Position numbers and translations under genes: made by a program
The notes under the pieces: model-generated
The model's input: the letters and a program-made list of their open reading frames with translations, nothing else
Told to the model about the DNA's origin: nothing
Databases searched by the model: none
Source: Vicinamibacteria bacterium
Lineage (GTDB): Bacteria; Acidobacteriota; Vicinamibacteria; Marinacidobacterales; Marinacidobacteraceae
Length of the DNA: 64,000 nt
Direction of reading: 5' to 3'
Assembly (NCBI GenBank): GCA_963668695.2
Contig: CAXXLQ010000004.1
Coordinates: 3,712,001-3,776,000, forward strand
In this document: in pieces, positions 58,352 to 64,000 of the stretch
Layout: each line of letters starts with the position of its first letter
Position numbering within the stretch: position 1 is the first letter of the stretch

Positions 58352-58530
58352 CAGCCTGTGGTGAAACCCACGTGAGCGCCGAGGCCGGTGAGGCGCCCGG
58401 CTGACAAGGCGCGTGAGGGAGGAATACCGGGTGTATTTCGACCGAAACGCAACGCAGAACGCAGCGAAGCGGAGTGGTTCAGCCGGGATGGATCGCCGGT
58501 CGAACGCCGCGTGGGTTTTGCCACCGGCTG
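58352..58530. mobile_element. MITE copy 5 (179 bp) with CTGG target duplication
   Basis: CTGG|CAGCCTGTGGTGAAACCCACG...CGTGGGTTTTGCCACCGGCTG|CTGG. Confidence 0.9.
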
Positions 58531-59109
58531 CTGGGTCGGCGCCACATCGTGAACATCCGGGGCACGCCTGTCGGATGGGCAGGGCGCTTCATCGGGCACC
58601 GGCGAGAAAGGAACCCGGAGCAGGCTGAGGCAGAGGAGCCAGCTCCCTGAGCCACCAAGGGCAGTTGTCGCAGAACTCGTCCGTGCGCCTGTCAGACGTT
58701 CCCGTTCGGGAGGGTAGAGACCCAGTCAGGAAGGGAAGCGCGGCCGGCGCGGCAAAGGGCCTCGGCGGTGGTGACCTGCCGGGCGAGCCGCTGCCGAGGG
58801 AGAACCCGCGGGCTGCGTTTCAGGGTGGGAAGTTGCTTACGGGATTCAGAAGCCGCTGGCCGAGCGGGTGTTGAACGCGGCAACGGAGGCACGCGTTTTT
58901 CGGGCTGGGAGGAGGTCGGGTCGGGGAGCCACCGGACCGGTCACAACCGGGATGTTGGCGGCCTTTGAAAGAGTCGCACTTCTGGGCGGCCAAAATGTCT
59001 CACTCGGCTTTGGAAGAACGGTGAGCACGGAGATTGTCCAAGGGTGCGCCTTGGGCTAATCGACGGGCCGGGTCCATTGCGATGCGCGGCTCCCCGGAGA
59101 GGGGGGGCC

Positions 59110-59785
59110 ATGCACGACAGAGACAAGCGGGGTGCTTCTGCGGCGGCATCTGGAAGACGGGCTGAGTAAGAAAGCGATCCGTCGGAAGCTGGGGGTTGGT
59201 CTTGCGACGTCTATCGCTGGATCGAGCGGGGGGAGGCAACCCGGGAACGAGGTGGAGAGGCCCTGCGCCATGGGCCGCAGCATTCGGTGATTTCGGTTTT
59301 GGATCCGCACCAGGGTGTGATCGCGGCGCGTCTCGAGGAGTATCCGGAGTCGAGCGCGAATCGCCTGTTCCGGGAGATTCAGGAGCTGGGTATCCGGGGG
59401 GGCTATGGCTAGGTGAAGCGTGACCTGTTGGTGGAGCGGGCGCGTCCGGAGGTGGAGCCGGTGGTGCGCTTTGAGACGGCGCCGGGGCAGCAGGGTCGGG
59501 GGGACTTCGCGAAGGTGCTGTTGCCCTGGGGTCGGCGGCAGGTTCTCGCGGTGGTGTTGGGCTCCTCGCGGCTGCTGTGGTTCCGGTGCTGCGAGCGGCA
59601 GACAATGTGGACGCTGACCCGGGGTTTGGGGGAGGCGTTCGCGTATTTCGCCGGGGTTCCGAAGGAGCTGTTGTTCGACCAGATGAAAGTCGGTGGTGGT
59701 GGACCGCCGCGATTCGGGAGGCGGGGTGCTGCAAGAACCGGGAGTTCGAGCGGTTCGTGGCTCACCGCGACTTTCGGGTGAAGGT
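59110..59785 (+). pseudogene. istA: IS21-family istA transposase fragment (frameshifted, truncated)
   Basis: VLLRRHLEDGLSKKAI.., EPVVRFETAPGQQGRGDF, VVLGSSR, AFAYFAGVPKELLFDQMK. Confidence 0.85.
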
Positions 59786-59861
59786 GCCTGACGCTGCGGA
59801 AGATCAAGGGGAAGTGGCGGCGGCCGGCGGCGTTGTGGCCGCAGGCGCGCGCCGAGTTCGC

Positions 59862-61523
59862 GAACCTGTCAGATATTCCGTGTTTGGGAGGGACGTAACC
59901 CAGACAAAAGGAGAACGAGAGATGGCGCGACGGAAGAGTCGGATCAGCGGAGAGCTTCTGGACGAGCTTTTGTGAGGGGAGGACCCGCGGGAGGCGGTCC
60001 GGAGCGGGGAGTTATTTGCGGAGCTCCAGAAGTCGCTGGCGGAGCGAGCGCTGCAGGCGGAGATGGAGGTTCATCTTTCGAGCGCGGAGGAGGCTGGGTC
60101 CGGGAACCACCGGAACGGTCACAACCGGAAGCGGGTGTTGACGGGGACGGGGTCGGTGGAGTTAGCGGTTCCGCGGGACCGTGCGGGACGTTTCGAGCCG
60201 CAGTTGATCGAGAATTGGGCTCGGCGTCTTCCGGGGTTCGACGAGAAGGTGATTTCGCTGTATGCGCGGGGTTTGACGACGCGGGAGATCCGGGCGCAGG
60301 TGGAGGAGTTGTATGGGGTTACGGTGTCTCGGGAGTTGATCTCGAAGGGGACGGACGAGATTCACGAGGAGCTGCGGGAGTGGCGTTCGCGGCCGCTGGA
60401 GGCGGTGTATCCGCTGGTGTATTTCGACGCGTTGCGGGTGAAGGTTCGCGAGGAGGGGTTGGTTCAGAACCAGGCGGTTCCTCTGGAGATCGGGGTGACG
60501 GCGTTGGGGCTGAAGGAGATCCTGGGGATGTGGACGGCGGCGAACGAGGGGGCGAAGTTCTGGTTGGGGGTGATGAACGAGCTGAAGGCGCGGGGCGTTC
60601 GGGACGTTTTGATCGTGGTGGTGGACGGGCTGAGGGGGTTTCCGGAGGCGATCGAGTAACGGATCAGGGCGGCGTTTCCGGAGGCGACGGTGCAGGGGTG
60701 CCTGGTGCATCTGATCCGGTATTCGCTGGCGCACGCCTCCTGGAAGGAGCGCAAGGAGCTGGCGGCGAAGACTGGGCGCAGGTGATCCCGTTCTTTGCGT
60801 TTTCGGGGCCGATCCGGCGGGTGATCTATACGACGAACGCGATCGAGAGCCTGAACAGCACGGTGCGGCGTGCGGTGCGAACGCGGGGCCACTTTCCGAA
60901 CGACCGGGCGGCGATGAAGCTGATCTACCCGGCGCTGCGGAAGATCGAGCGGAAGTGGCAGCGGCCGCAGACGTTCTGGCCGCAGGCGCGCGCCGAGTTT
61001 CCGATCCTGTTCGGCGACTGGTTCCCGGTGGAGGCCTTGTGAGTCCGGCGCGCGCCGCCCCCCACAGAGCGGTGGCCGGTCCGCCGCGCCGCCTCCGGCG
61101 GATTGCCGTAGGGGCGCCGCCTCAAGCCCGTGGAAAGCGCCGTCCCGGAGAAATCGCAGCGCCCGTGGCGACCGGATCGCGAGAGACCGCTTCTTCCGGA
61201 GCGATCCCCCCAGGACTTGGAAAACGCTGGAGCCGTGTCGCGTCTGGCGGCCGGACAATACCGGGCGGAGGACGCGTTTCCCACTCTTCCCACCGGCTCA
61301 CCTTGGAGCCTGGAGTTTTCTGGAGAGCATTGGCCCGTGGAGAGCCTCGGGGTCCGGCCCTCTCCTCGAGCTCCAAGAACCCCCGGCGTCCCTACCCGCC
61401 CCGGTCTGGCCCCGACGGGCGTGCCGGCCAGATCCCCATCGGCCCGGTCATACAAGTGCCCGGAAGCAAACCAAACGCAGTTTCCACAGTCACCGGCCTA
61501 CACACGGAATTTCTGACAGTCCT
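59862..61523 (+). mobile_element. IS256-family element, decayed
   Basis: IRL CTGTCAGATATTCCGTGT (~59866) and IRR ACACGGAATTTCTGACAG (~61502); no target duplication seen. Confidence 0.85.
59922..61042 (+). pseudogene. IS256 transposase pseudogene
   Basis: RNGHNRKRV, VPRDRAGRFEP, YFDALRVKVR, DGLRGFPEAI, IYTTNAIESLN; stops at 59973 and 60657 and an internal deletion near 60767. Confidence 0.9.
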
Positions 61524-61799
61524 CCGGCGGGACGGTGCAGACCAGAGAACCCCGACACCTCCCCGCCTTGCCTTTTCGGGCTCACGTCGGAGCTTGCGTT
61601 TGCGCGAGAGGAATTGTCTGCGGAGCCCGCGATCGATTCGCTGTTCGAACTCAAACACGCCCCAGAGGCGCGACCCGCCGCGACCCTACCGAGGCCGTGG
61701 CGTCAAGTCACCTGATGGCGCATGGCGCGCGCGGCTGTCCGCGCTCGCCGGCCGGACGCACCTTCGACAGCGCGCCGCACGGAGCCCGACGGAAGTCTG

Positions 61800-62230
61800 G
61801 GAGCCAGGTTACCGGAACGCGACACGGGCGACCCGTGACGCCGCCGGGGTGGCGGGGATCCGAACCTGCTGAATGAACTTCGCGATCCTTTCTTGCGTCA
61901 CACCCCATCCCCGCTCGCTCAGTCTCCGTTCGATCGGCGCCGGGTCGATCACCCCAACTGTCGCTGTCGCGCCGGCCCCCCAAACGCCGCATTCGCTGGC
62001 GTCTGTCCCGCTTGCGAAACCCGACTCCGCCATGCGTAGTAGCCGCGTCGCGAGACACCCAGCACGCGGGCCATCGTGGAAATGCTCCACTTCGTGCGGT
62101 TCGCCGTCATGAAACGATAGGCCTCCATCCGACATTCCCGGGCGTTCGTGTGCACGAACGGCTCCGCGTAGCCGTCCAATCCCTTCAGGATCCCGGGTCG
62201 CGCAATCCCGGAGTGCCGCGGGCCATCTGC
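61800..62230 (-). pseudogene. IS3-family orfA/orfB junction remnant
   Basis: ..GILK.. followed by EAYRFMTANRTKWSISTMARVLGVSRRGYYAWRSR (IS3 OrfB N-terminus), then decays. Confidence 0.7.
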
Positions 62231-62904
62231 CGCGGGAATCTCCCAGCCTCCTGACCAGTAGCTCGACTCCCGCCGACCACCGAATCTGGCGACCCCGACC
62301 TGCCCAGCGGCGCTGTCCGAACGTGCTGCGTCATTCGTCGACAGGTTTCCGTTGTCTGCTTCCAGCTGCCGCACTGTGTTTGACCGAATCAAGATGTTCC
62401 TCCCCAGGCTAACTGGACGCCCAAGCTGTCCTTGGCAATCCAGTGGTTTACGGCTCGGCAGACAGCGTGAGAAACATCAGCCGGACCGCACCCGATCCAC
62501 GCAAGCAATAGCCCGGCGAGCCGGTCTCGCGGGGTTCGGCCGAAGCGTGCTCTGTCTGCCAGCCCGCGCACTCTATTCAAACTTCACCAACAATTCAACC
62601 TAAGATTTTCACGGGCGAGCTGTTTTGTTGGGATTCGGAAACTGGAAAAGAACGGGATCTCGCGCTTGGACACTGCTGGAGTTGGGGTGAGCTTCGCGAA
62701 CAGCTCGCAACGGCCCGAGGTCGGCATGGATGGCCGCAGGGGCCGTCGCGTCCTGCTAATCTGTTCATTCAAGATGACTTTTGGTGCCCGTCTGGATTTA
62801 CAGACGGGCCGTCGGATCCGATGTCGGAGCGGATTCGTCCATGGTTCGTCTTGTGGCAATGCCCCGTCGGCTGCGGTCTGGTCGCAATGGGGAGGCAAGC
62901 TGGC

Positions 62905-63246
62905 ATGACCAACACCGGGCGCCGCTACCCGCCGGAATTTCGCCAGCGCCTGATCGAGCTTGTTCGAGGCGGGCAAAGGCCGGAAGAGCTCTCGCGTGAA
63001 TTCGAGCCAAGCGCACAGGCGATCCGGAACTGGGTAGCCCGTGCAGATCGTGAGGAAAAGCAGGCTATTCAGCCGACCGCTGAGCGGGAGCGTGAACTCG
63101 TGGAGGCGAAGGAGGAGATCCGCCGCTTGCGTGAAGAGCGTGCAATCCTCAGGGAGATGCTCAAAGTGGCCGCCGCCTGGTTTGCGCGGGAGAGGCCGGC
63201 GGACTCGGAAGACGACGATCCACTGCCATGGCGGATTCCGGAATAA
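62905..63246 (+). CDS. Stand-alone IS3 OrfA-like HTH/leucine-zipper protein
   Basis: GGAGG RBS; RYPPEFRQRLIELVRGG..ELSREFEPSAQAIRNWV..EIRRLREERAIL..AAAWFARE plus acidic tail; no orfB follows. Confidence 0.8.
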   Translation: MTNTGRRYPPEFRQRLIELVRGGQRPEELSREFEPSAQAIRNWVARADREEKQAIQPTAERERELVEAKEEIRRLREERAILREMLKVAAAWFARERPADSEDDDPLPWRIPE

Positions 63247-63718
63247 AGAGTTCGCTGCACACGCATCCCGTAGAAAGTTCTCAGCGTGGTCCTTCCTCAG
63301 CGTGGCCCTTCAAGGACGAGTTCGGGCCGCTTACCGGCCCCCAAACTGCCGCGCCCCGAATAGTTCGCAGACGAGTGAGGCGAGCGTCCGGGCAGGTGGC
63401 CCGACCGGCCTGACCCTCATCTCGCGGTGGCGCGCGTCTTGAGCGGCTCCGGGCGCTTCGGCCGATTCGCAACGCAACATCAGGCACTACAGCCACTTCC
63501 CGCTGGGGCAGGCCGCCCATCCGCGGCCGTATCTGGAGTAGGGCTCGTGCACTGCGCGCAGATCGCGTAGCGGGAGGGATGGGAGACGGTGGAACCCGAC
63601 CCCCATCCCTCCCGGCTGCACCGGCCGCTCCTCTTGTCTGAGGACTGCTAGGATGGGGACGGATCGTTTGAGGGCTTGCTTCCCACACCCACGGTCCCGA
63701 AGCGGCAGGGATTCCAGA

Positions 63719-64000
63719 ATGCCTCACATCAGCCTTTTTCCGGTGCTGCTCGCCGGGCTGCTCCCGTTCGCCGCGGTTCCGCAGCTTGGCGCCCAACCCC
63801 CGCCCCAGCCGCCCACCCTGCCCGGAGATCCCTTCGGAGAGGATCCCTTCGGAAACCGTTTCGAGGAGCCGGACGCCGACGTCGACGCCATGGTCCGGTC
63901 CGCGTTCTTCGCGAGAGGCGGCGCGCAGCGGAACCGGGCGCTCCGCTTTCTGGTCGAACGCGACCAGAAGGACGTGATCCCGGCGTTCATCGCGGTCCTG
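63719..64000 (+). CDS. Secreted protein, N-terminal part (runs off the right edge)
   Basis: ATG 63719 opens MPHISLFPVLLAGLLPFAAVPQLGAQPPPQ... with no stop to the edge; signal-peptide-like start. Confidence 0.65.
   Translation, partial: MPHISLFPVLLAGLLPFAAVPQLGAQPPPQPPTLPGDPFGEDPFGNRFEEPDADVDAMVRSAFFARGGAQRNRALRFLVERDQKDVIPAFIAVL

Noticed and set aside
59973-59975. In-frame TGA in the IS256 transposase as selenocysteine
   Set aside because: Not at a Cys position, and the gene also has a TAA and a deletion, so this is ordinary decay.

Overview
High-GC bacterial chromosomal segment. The gene mix and the giant Calx-beta/autotransporter adhesin resemble marine or host-associated Acidobacteriota-like genomes (inference only). 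Core genes include maeB, leuB, gdhA with its usual PEP/pyruvate-binding partner, nfi, an S9 peptidase, NamZ/DUF1343, GH109, GH4+PfkB, an SSS transporter and amidohydrolases. These are interleaved with four type II toxin-antitoxin pairs, a Swt1-like HEPN protein, an intact IS630, decayed IS21/IS256/IS3 pieces, five copies of a MITE, REP-like palindromes, three tandem arrays (222, 32 and 18 bp) and a 3433-aa repeat adhesin. Strongest non-obvious signals: (1) a MerB-like gene with an in-frame UGA at the catalytic Cys position followed by a SECIS-like hairpin (probable selenoprotein); (2) a 16-19 nt micro-insert (core CAGTTCTCCCGGTGG) seen 7 times, always inside REP/MITE hairpins; (3) a MITE that split a Phd-RelE pair; (4) an orphan IS256 end fused to a 25x32-bp array; (5) an IS630 inserted at the start of the HEPN gene; (6) a frameshifted HAO-like multiheme cytochrome. 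No rRNA, complete tRNA or CRISPR array was seen. All calls are by eye, without database searches.
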